A stretch of 64,000 bases of DNA from Camelus dromedarius. Its lineage: Eukaryota. Shown here piece by piece: positions 40,336-54,167 of the stretch. Each line of letters opens with the position of its first letter. Positions within the stretch are counted from its first letter, which is position 1. The notes beneath the pieces are model-generated. The model was not told where the DNA came from and searched no databases. It saw only the letters and a list, made by a program, of their open reading frames with translations. The position numbers and the translations under genes are program-made. The stretch is from assembly GCF_036321535.1 (NCBI RefSeq), contig NC_087436.1, positions 54,810,001-54,874,000 on the forward strand. Reading direction: 5' to 3'.

Positions 40336-42892
40336 CCATCTTAAGTTTACATTTCTTGCCCAGATAAGTTACACTCAAGAAACAAGAAAGAATTTGAAGT
40401 TTTAATTCCAGGCCTACTACTGGTAATAACTGAAGAATTATGGATCATTTCAAAAGCAGTATAAGTAAGTTATCTACATTTTTTCTCTTTTTTCTTCCTT
40501 TTCTTTCTCATTCTTCTTCACTCCAAGACTCCCTCTCTCTTCTGCCACTAGCTTCTTACATTCTATATTTTATTTCTCACGTTTTCCTCTTTTCTATTCC
40601 TTTCTTTTTATCTTGTGGAAGCTTGATCTCTAAAAATATAGACACGTGATCTTGGCAACAACCTCAGCAAAATTAAACAAAATCATTTCAGGACTTAAGA
40701 AAGAAAGTACTGGTAGTTATGACCCTATCTCTGTTCACTGAGAATTTTAAAATTCTCTTGTTTTTCCTGATTTTTCTCCTGTTTTGACAAGATTATTTAA
40801 CTGGCATAGTGCGGGTCACAGACAACTGTATTTCATCAAGGCTGCTGAAAATGTTTCTCTTTAGAACTGCCTCAACTGAATTTTAAATAAGAATGACCTA
40901 GTGATTTTAACTGACTAAAAACTCCTACTTAGACAATAGTGATCTATGGCTGCAAACAGAGATAAATTACTTTAGCCTATTTTAGTAAACATGCAGTATC
41001 TCAAGCAAGGGAGATAAAATTTCTTGGCCATATCTTGATTTCTGTGTTTGTTATTGGGGGGGGAGGGGGGCACTTTAATAGAACATGGCAAACAAACAAA
41101 CAAACAAACAAAAAACATCTAGTGTAAGTCCAGGAAAAAACTGGAAGGATCTCATTAATGGTCTAAGAGCTGAGTCACATGAGGGAAAGCAGAGGGAGCA
41201 ATAGGTGGTTAGCTTGAAAGGAATAGAAATAGGAAAGGTAGCTTTACTGGTTTCCATGTATAAAGACCAGTCACATGGAAGAATTAGACTGATTCTGTGT
41301 CATTCTACAGGATGAAGTTAAGGCAGTGGGTAGAAACACGAGGGATATGTTCAGCTAAACTAAAGCCAAAATGTCTTTAAGAAACAAAACAGCTTTTTAA
41401 AAAATATATAAAGAAAAAATTCTTGAGTTCTGAAATTTATGCAAAACTAGACAATGATTTGTTGAAAGTGATATGGAGGTAATTTCTTCATTGGGTAGTA
41501 AATTGGGCTTACTGATCTCCTTTTAATTCTCATGATGGTCTCTGTCTAATTTATCCTGAAGATAGGTGGAACTTGAATTCCAAGTAATATCCTAGTCTAA
41601 GTTTGTGCAACCCTCATAATTTAGGACTTTGTGATAGCTCAAAATTAACAGTGAAATAAGTCTTAAGAAAGTGTGAGTGAGTGAAATTGACTTTTACTTT
41701 CTTGATGTTAGGATTATGAAATATTAGAAAGGGAGTAAGTTTTCTCTCACTAATAATGGACAAAAACACACTTTTCTCTCATGGGATGGATTAGGGTTGA
41801 AAATGCCAGCTTAAAAAGACCATTGTGCTTTGTATTTAACTTTTCTTCCAAAATTTAAAAGTATAATCTATTTTATTAAATGTAAGAACGGATATAGTTT
41901 TGGTTTTACAGGTCATTTCCAGCTGTTGTGGGAACTGGGTCAGGGTAAAATATTTTAAATAATTTTGAGATATACTAACTTTGTAAGGTGTTAAATACTT
42001 GGAAATTATGATCTGTGTTAAAATGGTTAAAAACAAATGAGAAAAAAATTAAAAGTTGTGTAATGAAATCAACTGAGTAGCCTAGTACTTATCCTATTAA
42101 CAAGTGTTTCAGTTATACAATATACCCAGAAGGTACAATTGCTAAACCCCAAAACAACAAACAAACATTTGCTAGTAGCTCAGTGTTCTTATAGTAGTGG
42201 TTAGTTCATTAACATCATACTCAAATTACTACATAGAATTGACCAATTACCTAAATGGTTGGGGTACCAGATTCATTCAGATTAATCTACAGATATGCTA
42301 TAGTGTTTTGATGACCTTGGGTTTCACCAAAGAAGTTACTATTTAGTGTTTTTCATTTGAGAAGTCAACATTTATACTATCTGTTACATTAATTAAACTG
42401 AAATAAACATAAAGTCTACTATAAAATCACTTTTCCTTATTTAATGAAGAATCATTTAAGGATAAAATGCCATAAGACATGTCACACTTATTTATAAAAA
42501 TCAATGAACTGGAACATAATTATTTTCTCCATGATTCATAATATTATTTTCAGATTTTTAATGTTATGCCATCAATTTCTTCAGAATCTGAAACAGCAGA
42601 ATTTCTTCAAGAAGGTTTTAGCTTTCTGACTGTAACAGCTTAAAAACAAAGGTATTTTCAAAGTTTACAGAACACCTCTTTTAAATTATTTTAATGTAAT
42701 GTTGTCAAATAAACTTGACTCAATCTGTTTTGTTTTTTTTTTTAAACATCATTGAGCCTATATTTGACATTGTAGAGAACCATGCTGTCCATAAGCATGC
42801 ATGGTTAAGAAGCAATATTCAGGTGCTATATAAAATCAAAATATGAAGCCATTGAGAAAATAATGAAATATATCTGGTCAAATGTAGGCCAC

Positions 42893-43424
42893 TGTGCCAA
42901 AAACTTCAAGTTACTACTCAATATTCTTTCTCTCCTTCTCTTTTTTTCTTAGGAAGAGCTACTTCCCTACCACCATCCCCCATTTTATCCAAGTGGCCCT
43001 GTTGCTCAGCTAAAAGACTATTTATAGCCACCTTCTCTTGTCATTGAAGCCATGTGTGTTACATTATGGATGATGAGATACAGATGCAAGCTATTGGTGG
43101 GGCTCCTGGTAAGATTTCTTAAATTGAGCTAAATTAGCTGGGAGGAGCCCTTTGCCCTTTCCTTCTCTTTGCTCTTCTTCCTGCTGCAACACGCACATGG
43201 AATTTGGAGTTCTGGTATCATCTTCTTACTTTGTGGGTAAGAATAGAAGGATATGCAGCAGAAAAACAGAAGCTTGAGCTGCTTAATGACATTATGCAGT
43301 CACCTCACCAATTTGATAATGTCTACTGATGTACTTGTTCTTTTGTGAGAAGATAAACACTAGTTCATTTTAACTCCTGGGGTCTGGTCTTAGGAGTATC
43401 CAAACACACCTCCTAACTGATAGA
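42893..43424 (+). mobile_element. MLT1J-like MaLR solo LTR
   Basis: CAGCTAAAAGACTA, AGCTGGGAGGAGCCCTTTGCCCTT, GTGAGAAGATAAAC, terminal CCTAACTGATA. Confidence 0.75.
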
Positions 43425-46072
43425 GACACTCAGTGACATAACATGTAATTGGATGCAACTTCCATATCTGTAGTGGTGGCAGAATGATTTGATTTATTCT
43501 TCACGAGACTACAATTCAGATGATCTTTTGGGGAGAGTATGAGCATAATAAAATCATTTTTGGTGTGATCTAGTAGCTCTGTTAACATAGAAATATATAT
43601 AAAAATTTGTGATTTAGTAACTATTTTTCCTCAAGTAAAATATATACCAGTGGTCAAATTAAAAGCAACTGGATCAGGGATAGGCTTCTAGAGTATTTAT
43701 AAACAGGTTCTTAAATATTTCTGCCAATAAAATTATGGGAAGGAGAAACTGCCTGTTGTAACACAGATGATCCTGGGTTATTACACAGAAACATGGACCA
43801 CGCATTGGAAAACCACCTATTGTACTTCTCAAAACAGTGTCCAACAGACGCTTATGTCCCTAATGGATTCTTTGTTGCTTGTAGTATAAGAATTGACTGC
43901 ACTTGATTAGTAACAGAAAATATTCTAACAAAAAAGTGAGGTTACTGGAGAACAACTGTGTCTAATTCAGTATTTGATACAGCAAAACACCTTGTTGATG
44001 CTCAATTAAAGATAAAATACTAATAACTTACTAATTTCCACTACTATACTCAGTCTCACCTCCCTTCCTCCACCTTTCCTTCAGACAAGAGAAAGAAACT
44101 GATCATAAATAAACATATTTTTTAAAAACCTACAAAGTCACAGTGGTCCCCTTTAGGCAGTAATTCTCACACTTGTAACTTTGACCTTTGATATACATTT
44201 GAGCCTTTCCCCTTTATTCTTTCTCCAGCTTCTGAGTGTTTAGTCCATTAAAGACATAAAGCCAGAGTAGGTCAAATCTGATTTGAGTTGTATTTGATGA
44301 CAGGAATAACAGGAAATTTTGAGCCGTGAACCACCAGTTTCCTCCTTCATCTCTAAGGGTGAATACTGGACTTTTCCAATGCTGCACAGGCTGTAAAATA
44401 AGGGCTTTCTCCTGGGTGCCAGGAGGACTGTTAGGATTCCATGCAGAGGCTGGAAAATGTGATAGTTGAAGAGAAACAGACCATAAGTAACTATCTGGCA
44501 GTAATATCATATAATATAGGAGTTGAGGATATCATTAATTCTATGGCTTAAAAAATGGCAGCATAACTTGTCAAAGGAAAGCATATTACAGAAATCCTGT
44601 ATGTAAAACTGACAACAGCTGATAAAAATGGAGCTCCTCTGGTTCAAGTTTGAAGGGAATAATAAAGTTCCACCCTACTCAATCTTGCCCCCTTTCCCCC
44701 AGGCAAACATGGTTCTCCCAGAAAGCTCTGAGTTTCACATGGCCCTTGGAATTGACAGAACATGGTTGGAAGCTTCTTGACTACTACACCTTCTTCCATC
44801 TACTTCTATCATTTTACAACTTGGGTGCTAGATGAGGAAATTGAGAGGCGAGAACTTCAGTAATTTCCCATGGTTACTATTAGATGGAGAAATGTCTTTG
44901 GTTTGTTTGTGTTTTCTTTATACAATACTGTCTGGATACAAAGGGAATGATTCTTAACATCATTTCAAACTGATTTTCAAATAATGTCCCATCTGAATAT
45001 TTTAAGTTGTTAAGAGAGTGGCATTTGTCACATATTTTTGATTATTTCAGAAACTGAAGAAAATTAACCATGGTTAATCACTAAGGGAGTAATTCAGGGA
45101 CATAGTCTTAGACTACACAAAAATTCAAGGCAACCACAGACAGGTCAACCAATAGAATACTACTTATTTATCATCAATAGTGTCCCCAGGATCCTGGAAG
45201 ATATTAAAGGAGCATAAAATATAGTACCTGACCCTAAGGAACTGACTATTTTGTTAGGCAGACAGTGTGTGTGAGTGTGTGTGCATGCATTGTTTAGAAG
45301 ATACCTATCATTTGAACTGTGCTGGATTTAATGAAAACTTCATTGTAGTTCATGAAAGAGAGGAAGATAATCAGATTTTCTTATTTGTCAATTTAAAAAT
45401 GAGAAAGAAAGAGAGAGAAGCTCAGGAATTTGGTTTTTGGTCTCTGAATCTATCAGTAGGTTGATGGATCTACAGCTGTTCAAGGTCTCCTGCCTGTCAA
45501 ATTCATGGAAAGCAGAAGGCAATGATTTTGCACAGAAATATGGGTATCATGGGATAAAACAGATTTTGTATAAAAAGAGAAACATACATGGAGAATGTAG
45601 ACATGGAATCACGAGTTTAGAATGTTCTAAGTGTTATGTTTCCTAAGCTTAGACTCTATAAATTTGCCTTCAAAACTTAAGACTCATGAGTGACTGTTTA
45701 AACTTGTGTGAGGGGCTTAAGTTCTATTCAGTCAAACTTTTCTTGAGTAATTCAGAATAAATGAATACAAATTGCCTAGTAGAGTATATAGTACATTGAA
45801 AGCAAAACATGATATATATCATCATTATGTTGCAATATTATAATTTCTGGTACCTGGGATTCCACATGGCTAAAGTTATAGGAAAAAATGCAAAGCTGCT
45901 GCACTTTTGTTGTGTAAAGGGAAAAACACTGAATGGAATTTGGGAGCTGGAACACTTAGTCCCATTTTTTTTCTACCACGCATCCATTTGCCCTTCCATA
46001 AGACTAACAAAAGGAAGACAGTTTTCTTTTCTGATTACAAGGAAGAAGATGAGCAATTTTAAAGATGTTTTC

Positions 46073-47629
46073 CCAAACAATAGAAATAAAAGCAAAAATA
46101 AACAAATGGGACCTAATTAAACTTACAAGCTTTTGCACAGCAAAGGAAACCATAAGCAAAACAAAACGACAACCTACAGAATGGGAGAAAATACTTGCAA
46201 AAGATGAGACTGACAAGGCCTTGATTTCCAGAATATATAAACAGCTCATACCACTTAATAAGAAAAAAACAAACAACCCAAGCCAAAAATGGGCAGAATT
46301 CATTCTAAATAAGCAATTCTCCAAGGAAGAAATACAAATGGCTGATAGGGTAAGCCAGAAAGAGAAAGAAAAATACCATATGAGATCGCTCATATGTGGA
46401 ATCTAAAAAACAAAAACAAAAACAAACAAACAAACAAACAAAAACAAAGCATAAATACAGGACAGAAATAGACTCATAGACAGAGAATACAGACTTGTGG
46501 TTGCCAGGCAGGTGGAAGGTGGGAAGGGATAGACTGGGATTTCAAAATTGTAGAATAGATAAACAAGATTACACTGTATAGCACAGGGAAATACACACAA
46601 AATGTTATGATAACTCACAGAGAAAAAAATGTGACAATGAGTGTGTATATGTCCACATGACTGAAAAATTGTGCTGAACACTGGAATTTGACACAACATT
46701 GTAAAATGATTATAAATCAATAAAAATGTTAAAAAAAAAACAAATGGCCAATAGGCACATGAAAAAATTCTCAATATCACTAATTATCAGAGAAATGCAA
46801 ATCAAAACTACAATGAGGTATCACCTACACCAATCAGAATGGCCATCATTCAAAAGTCCACAAACGATAAATGTTGGAGAGGCTGTGGAGAAAAGGGAAC
46901 CCTCCTACACTGCTAGTGGGAATGCAGTTTGGTGCAGCCACTGTGGAAAAGAGTATGGACATTCATCCAAAAAAACTGAAAGTAGATTTACCATATGATC
47001 CAGCAATCCCACTCATGGGCATATATCAAGCAGGATCCTTAAGTCAAAAAGACACCTGCACCCCAATGTTCATAGCAGCACTATTTACAATAGCCAAGAC
47101 ATGGGAACAACCTAAATGTCCATCAACAGATGATTGGATAAAGAAGTTGTGGTATATTTATACAATGAAATACTACTCAGACATAAAAAATAATAAAATA
47201 ATGCCATTTGCCACAACATGGATGTCCCTGGAGAATGTCATTCTGAGTTAAGTAAGCCAGAAAGAGAAACAAAAATACCATATGATATCACTCATATGTG
47301 GAATCTAAAAAAAAAAAAAAGACAAATGAACTTACATATATAAAACAGAAACAGACTCACAGACACAGAAAACAAACTTAAGGTTACCAGGGGGGAAGGG
47401 CGTGGGAAGGGATAAATTGGGAGTTCAAGATTTGCAGATACTGACTGGTACATATGAAACAAGTTTATACTGTATAGCTCAGGGAACTATATTCAATATC
47501 TTGTAGTAGCTTGGTGAAAAAGAATATGAAAATGAATATATGTATATTCATGTATGACTGAAACATTTTGCTGTTACACCAGAAATTGACACAACATTGT
47601 AAACTGAATATACTTCAATTAAAAATAAT
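46073..47629 (+). mobile_element. 5'-truncated LINE-1 (intermediate-age 3'UTR type) containing a nested younger L1
   Basis: ORF2 3' peptides and a 3'UTR at ~47310-47620. TSD AAAGATGT(T/C)TTC at 46061-46072 and 47630-47641, with a TTTT/AAAG endonuclease site. Confidence 0.93.
46350..46739 (+). mobile_element. Short (~390 bp) young L1 3' end inserted in the same orientation inside the older L1
   Basis: Last ORF2 codons ([18 protein letters not shown]), young-type 3'UTR and poly(A). TSD ACAAATGGC(TG/CA)ATAGG at 46334-46349 and 46740-46755. Confidence 0.92.
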
Positions 47630-48864
47630 AAAGATGTCTTCTATATTTAAATTTATGTGAATCTGGGGTTGAATCAAAGGCCTGGTATAATCTACAAGTG
47701 CTTTTGATATTCATCCTGGGAAATCAAACCTACATGACTTCAAAATAAGAAAAATTTTCTTTATGTGAACTTTTTTCATACCAGCTTTCCAGCTTGTACT
47801 GTATGTGTAAACCTCATTTTGGAGACTTCCAAATAATTATCACTGGTTAAGAGACAGGGGAGTTTTAGTTTCTAAATCATAACATGTGGGAAATATATGC
47901 TTGTTTTCCTTGACATTAACAAGATCTTAATTCCATCTGAAAAGCTGACTTAAAACAGGTTTAATCTTGTATATGTGTTGTTACTGAGAATGAATCTGCC
48001 TTTATATTTGATAGAAAATATGACTCTGTTCTGATGAGAATGACATTTAAAATTAGTTTCCCAGACCTTATGTGCCCATCAAAACCTCACAGATGGAAGA
48101 GGAAAAAAATGTCAAAGAAGCTCATATACTTGGATTTGTTTCTGCTGCCTCCATTTTTCTCCTGACACCTGCTTCTTGGCATTGCCTTCAGTGCCTCAAA
48201 AGGAAAACATGTTTGCAAAATGATATATTAGAGCATTGTACAATATTTTAATACATTTTTAAAAGGGAACAACATTCTCTGCTCTCCTATTGCTGACCTC
48301 TCCACTCCTGTATTCATCTTCCTCCCTTCCCTTGATTGCTCAGGACACTGTAGTGTTTTCCTGGGGGATAAAGCAGCAAGAAACTCGGTGCTTTAACAGG
48401 TTTAGATACTGCAGGGAATTCCCATTTCTCACAATGCCCCTTTCAATAGCAATTCAAGGACTCACTGTTGCAAAGACTGATACGTATATTTTGAGCAAAA
48501 ACAGCAAGGAAAAACAAAAAGCTTATGTCCTTTCTGTGTCACAATGTTTTTAAAACTGCCCATCACTTGGTAACCATATCTTCTTCCCTAAGGCAAAACT
48601 TCAGAAGTTCATCTTTTAGTATAAGCCTGTGACAAGTGACCTCTATGGTGTTAGTGGCTGGAATTATTACAGCCTGGAAAATCACATAACATAAGGGAAA
48701 AATATGACCCTGAAATAAGAGAATATTGTATTTGTTAGACAACTTTTGTTTGGAAGAAACAAATTCAAAATGAAACAAATTGATTTAATCTATCTAAATT
48801 ATGGTTCATCTTGAACTCATGTATTGCTCAGCAATAGTTTCATGCTTCATTTCTTATTCCCCAT

Positions 48865-49384
48865 TGTGATGGTTAATTTTATGTGTCAACTTGACTGGGC
48901 TAAGGGATGCCTAGATAGATGGTAAGAATTATTTCTGAGTGTGTCTGTGAAGATGCTTTTGGAAGAGATTAGCATTCGAATCAGTACACTGAGTCAAGAA
49001 AATCTGCCCTCACTAAAGTGAACAAGCATCATACAGTCCCTTGTGGGCTCAAATAGAACAAAAAGGTGGAAAAGGGCGAATTCTCTTTCTCTCTCTCTCT
49101 CTTTTCTTGAACTGGGACTTGAACCTTCTGCCTTCTTTCTAAGATCTTCAGACTCTGAAACTTGTCATTGCCTTCTCCTGCTATTTCGCATCTGCATGTC
49201 TCAGGCCGTCAGGTTTGAGCTGAGTTACACCACTGGTTTCCTTGGTTCTCCAGCTCACAGATGGCAGAATTTTGAACTTCTCAGCTTCCATAACTGCAGG
49301 AGCCATTCCTATAACAAATCTTCTCTTAATATATCCATATATATCCTATTGGTTCTGTTTCTCTGAAGAACTCTGATTAATACA
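48865..49384 (+). mobile_element. MLT2 (ERVL) solo LTR
   Basis: TGTGATGGTTAATTTTATGTGTCAACTTGACTGGGCTAAGGGATGCC...CCTATTGGTTCTGTTTCTCTGAAGAACTCTGATTAATACA, with a 5-bp TSD CCCAT/CTCAT. Confidence 0.9.
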
Positions 49385-52300
49385 CTCATCATTCTTCTCT
49401 TTGCTGAGTCTTGGATATAAAATCCACATATATTTATCCATTTTTAATGACACTGCTCTCAAAAATACTTTGTTAGGTTCCTGTGGGATATTAATCTCAT
49501 CTAAATTTCAGTAAAAAATACAAGCGTCAACAATAAATTTCCTAGGATATTTTATCTTTCTCTGTGATAGAAAAATTATTATTAATGTTCTAGGTTCAGT
49601 TTAGGAAAAATATAAATGTGCTCTTTTCAGAAGCTCAATTTTTCCATCATCCTAACAATTGTGACTTAACCAAGTAGCCTGAAACTGTTGATTTTAATAA
49701 TAGTTTCTGAACTAAATGCCTTGGGTAACAAAACTCAGAGGAATGATATTGTAGTGACATGGCTCCTTAACAAAGCAGTAGCACTCAACAGAAGACTCCA
49801 ATCTGAATAAAAACTGTCATTGTTACAATTGTGAAATAGTAGGAGACAAGGGGTTGAAAGTTAAATGCAGTTTTTCCTTCTAAACCTGAAAAGCAAGTCA
49901 ATCCAAATGACAAACTGAATGTACTTTCTTACAAAACTGTGGGCTCCCCATTACTGTAAATGTTCTGACAACAGATGGACACTAATCTAGAGGAATCCCA
50001 CAATGGGAGGGAATTGCACCAGGTGAGCAGTAAGCCCCTTCTAATGCTGAGATTTTATTGTTCTAGGAACCATATGGTGAGGGCATTAAAAACAGGACTG
50101 AGAGAAAAGAGACTGTTAATCCCTCAGTTATCTTCCAATTTCTCTCTACTTGCAGGTTCTCTGGAAGCATAGCCTCTGTTTACAATAGAGATGCTAAATT
50201 TAACTGGTATGCCTAACCTCATTTATAATCTCCTGGTCTATTTTCCAAGTTTGTTTCTATACTATTACAGGCATCATTTAAAAGCCATTAATAACTGTGT
50301 TTTCAAATGTTCTGAGACAGTCTCAGAGATTAGGCATGTGAGGTGGCTGAAGACTGGAATGGAGAAGAATATGAATTGCACTCAGTTTGTGGCAGAAGGG
50401 AAGCGTATAGGAGACTATTCCCCTGTTCACTTGATTTTTACCTGATGATTTACAAGGTATGTAAATTAGGAGACAACCACAGAAGGTACATTTAATGACA
50501 TCTTAATGCATCATGGAATTTACGACAAGGCATGAATAGCTTGTGTACTCAACCATTGGAAGCAGATGCTGCAATAATTCTACTTAATACTTAGAAGTAA
50601 AGTAAAGCATATCGTTTTTTGTACAAATGTTTATGAAACATTAATAAGAATAATATGCACCATTCAACGCTGAACATATAATCTAAAATCCCTTCTTATA
50701 AATATTTATAAAGGAGACATTTTGGTTCTCAGCGTAAATTGATTTTAAGCCCAGATTCTGGGATGCTGCATGTTTTCCCCCCTCTGGGTACGTATTTAAC
50801 TAGAGTAAGACTACCTGACTCACAGGGCAACACCACTTTTTACTGTACCTACTTAGTGAGAGCCTAAAGAGACGGCTTTGAATTAATTCATAAAATACAC
50901 TCTCCACTGTAGTAGCTCAGCCAGCGGTATGGAAATGGAAGTTTTACTATTGTGTTAGCTAGTAACTACTGTGTTGCAAAGAATTAATGAGCTTCATTAA
51001 GTTTAAGGAAATTCACAGTTTCTAAGTTATATGGTAATATCTGATATGTACAATATGAATAACTTCAAAAATGCCTTTTCCATTAATGCCTCAAATGTTG
51101 CCTTGATTATTTACAGTGACCAATTAGGAATAATAAGGAGCTAGAATATATTTGAGAGAAAACTATACATTCCAATATTACAGTAAATTTGATTTACTGT
51201 TCAAAATGCTATAGTTCTTCACTGCTAACTTTTTTTGCAAGGCTCTTAGTCACATTATTTTCTTTCTACCAGTATCTTTTCTATTTGCAGTTGTATTATG
51301 TTTCTTTTAATGACTTTTACTAGTCAATGTCAGGTTTTGTTTTGTTTTTCCCCTTTCCCTTAATAGGGGGACCATTTTAGTGAAATAGAATATCCGTGAT
51401 TTTCTTACAGTTAAAACAATCCTAGTTGCTAATTGCTCTTCAACTTTGCAGTATTGTCCAACTTTAGCTTCCCAAATTTGGTTGAAAATGTCAAGATTAT
51501 GAAGTGAATCATTTTTATAACTTTACTTGTCTAAGCATTTAAATATGGTGTAAGTTTAACATGCCAAATTTAGCTTTCTCAAGCAATACAGTGGATTTAT
51601 GAAAAATCAGCAGATGAAACGTGAGCCTTTACACCTTATGGTATAAAGAATATCCCACAGCAACAAAGCAGAGAAAGGACAGATTGAAGGTGGTTAGAAG
51701 CTATGTATGGGAGTAATTTTAAAAGTAATGCTGAGTCTGCTTCATTAATATCACTTAAATTTGCCTAACCCATTTGAACACAATATGATTGATCATTTAT
51801 ACTGGCCTTGAGACATTTGATTATAGCATAATGATGTCTGCTCTCTTTAATCCACTGGTTTGTGTCTTATCATTTAAAGATGTTTGGATTTGTAAGATCT
51901 CTGATCTTTCTGTTTGTCTTGGATCTCCAAATACCGACATGCACACTGGATGTCCAAATCCAAAAAGATTAAGTATAGAAAACTGCCACATCTTAGGATA
52001 TTAAGAAAGCTAATTTTGACCCATCCTTGTCCTAGTCTAACTAACAGAATTGAGACTCTGTAAAAAATAATTGGTGAAAATTTTCCTCTTTTCTATTGCC
52101 ATGTATCTACTGTATGTTATGAACATCCTAAACTTACTGAAATCTTTTAACAAATTTTATCTCAACTGTGTCTAGAATATCCCTGTGAAATAAATTTTAG
52201 CCATAAAGTAACTGTTTGCAAGAATATAGTACTAAAAATAATGTCATTGGTACTTAAGCAGATATTTGTTACAATTGGAATAAATTAGATTAAATTAAAT

Positions 52301-52921
52301 TTGTATTAGTGAAGAAAACAATGGTTATATTAATGTATCAACTGATATTGTAAAATAAAGGCTTCACAGATGTTTAAGATTTATCCGTATCACATACCTT
52401 GTCTTGCAGTGGGAAGAGAAAGAAAAGTAAATCATGAATATATTCCACAGCCCATTTAAAGATAGCTAGAGGCAGAGATTATGGTTTAAATAAGCTTTAA
52501 AGTAAGCCTAGGATATCAGTATTCTTGAGTCCAGCTGTGATCTAGGTTTACTTAACGAAGTTGTAAACATCTTTTTTTAAAGGCTGTACTCTTAATTCCC
52601 TCATTAGACTCTACATTTAAAACATGACCAGGAAGCTGGGTCTAGTTTATTGCCTAGGTTCAAACCCCATGCCAGTCCCTGCTTATTCACATATGCTGGA
52701 TCATGGGACTCAATAGTCACTAACGTACTATTTTCCTCTCTGCTACTTTCATCATCATTTGTGATCTGAGGTAAGAGAACTTTCCGTTCCAGCTAGTACC
52801 TCCAGCCCTTCCTGAGAATGTCCTCTTTTTGCTGTTCTCACTTGAATCCTGGAATAAACCAGGAAGGCAATAGCAGCAGTGGGAAGGAAATATGAAACTT
52901 TATATATTCTATTGCACTTAA

Positions 52922-53075
52922 TATTACCATTACCCCATTTGAAGACATCAGAGGAAAGGCTTAGGGAGGTTAATTACCTTGCCCAAAGTCACATAACTAT
53001 AAAGTGACATAGCTGGTGTTCCTGGACCAGTTTCTGATTTCAAAGACCCCTTTTCCCCTACTGGATCACAGTGCT
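52922..53075 (-). mobile_element. MIR SINE
   Basis: ATTACCCCATTT...GAGGAAAGGCTTAGGGAGGTTAATTACCTTGCCCAAAGTCACATAACTATAAAGTG. Confidence 0.7.
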
Positions 53076-53629
53076 GGTAGCAAGAATGACCATTAACTAT
53101 AGGTTTGTTACATGCAAACAAGTCTGTGATTTTTCCCAAGGCCAGTATCATACCTTCCACAATTTCTGGTTCCACCTAAGATGGATCAAAGATTATCAGG
53201 GCATTATACCACTTAATTTGCTAATGTGTTATGAAGTAAGACTGGCATCTTCAATTAGTTTTGGAAATGAACTATTTAATGAAAACCCTAAGTCTTTTTC
53301 AAAAGTGGTTTTAAACGGTCATTTTTGAAGTATGAACCCCAACAATCAGAGTTCTGTGGGCAAAAGTTTTTAATCAGTTATTTCTCTGAGAGTTTATTTT
53401 CTTTGAAAATTTACCTTTATACTTGACATTTGGCATGTGAATAGAAATTTGAAACAGAGAATAAGCCGGAGGTAATAAAGGAATAAATGATTCTAGGAAA
53501 AGGCTTGAGGAAATGTCAAACTCAGGTTATAGATTGCTGGGACTGTTATTCTTGTAACTTATTTTCCTGGATATACCCTTTGACATGCTTTCATAAATTT
53601 TTTTTTTTTTTTTTTGGTCTCTTCAAATG

Positions 53630-53740
53630 AAGTTCAAACTCCTGAAGCTTGGAGGGCAGATAAAATGCTTTATTAACATTATATCCCCAGTGTCTCACAT
53701 TCAGTTGCTGCTTAATAAATATTTACTGAATAAATGAATA
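53630..53740 (+). mobile_element. L2 3'-end relic
   Basis: AAGCTTGGAGGGCAG...TATATCCCCAGTG...AATAAATATTTACTGAATAAATGAAT. Confidence 0.65.
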
Positions 53741-54167
53741 CAAATGAAACAGTAAACTTTAACTGTTGTATCTTGTATGTTACATCATATTTGCTTGACT
53801 TTTAATAATGAGTATAAGGAACAATAATAAAATCAATGAGGTAAAGCTATATTAACCAGAACAAAATCCTTAAAAATATCTGTCAGTTGGCATGCATGTG
53901 TGCAACAGTATGTGAGTTACAGGTATGCATGTATGTTTAATGTTTGTAGTCATTATCTCCTACACAGTGGGTTTTCAAATGTAGTTTTTTTGTAACTCAT
54001 TTGATTGAACAACTTCACATTATGCTTTTACTATCATCTATAATGTACATGTATTCTAGAACAAACTACTTCAGACTCGAGAAGAAAACTCCTGGATGCT
54101 ATTTCATCATACCAATGGCTGATAAAGGTGACAAAGGTGATAAGAAGGTGTCAGAAGTCCTGGCCCT

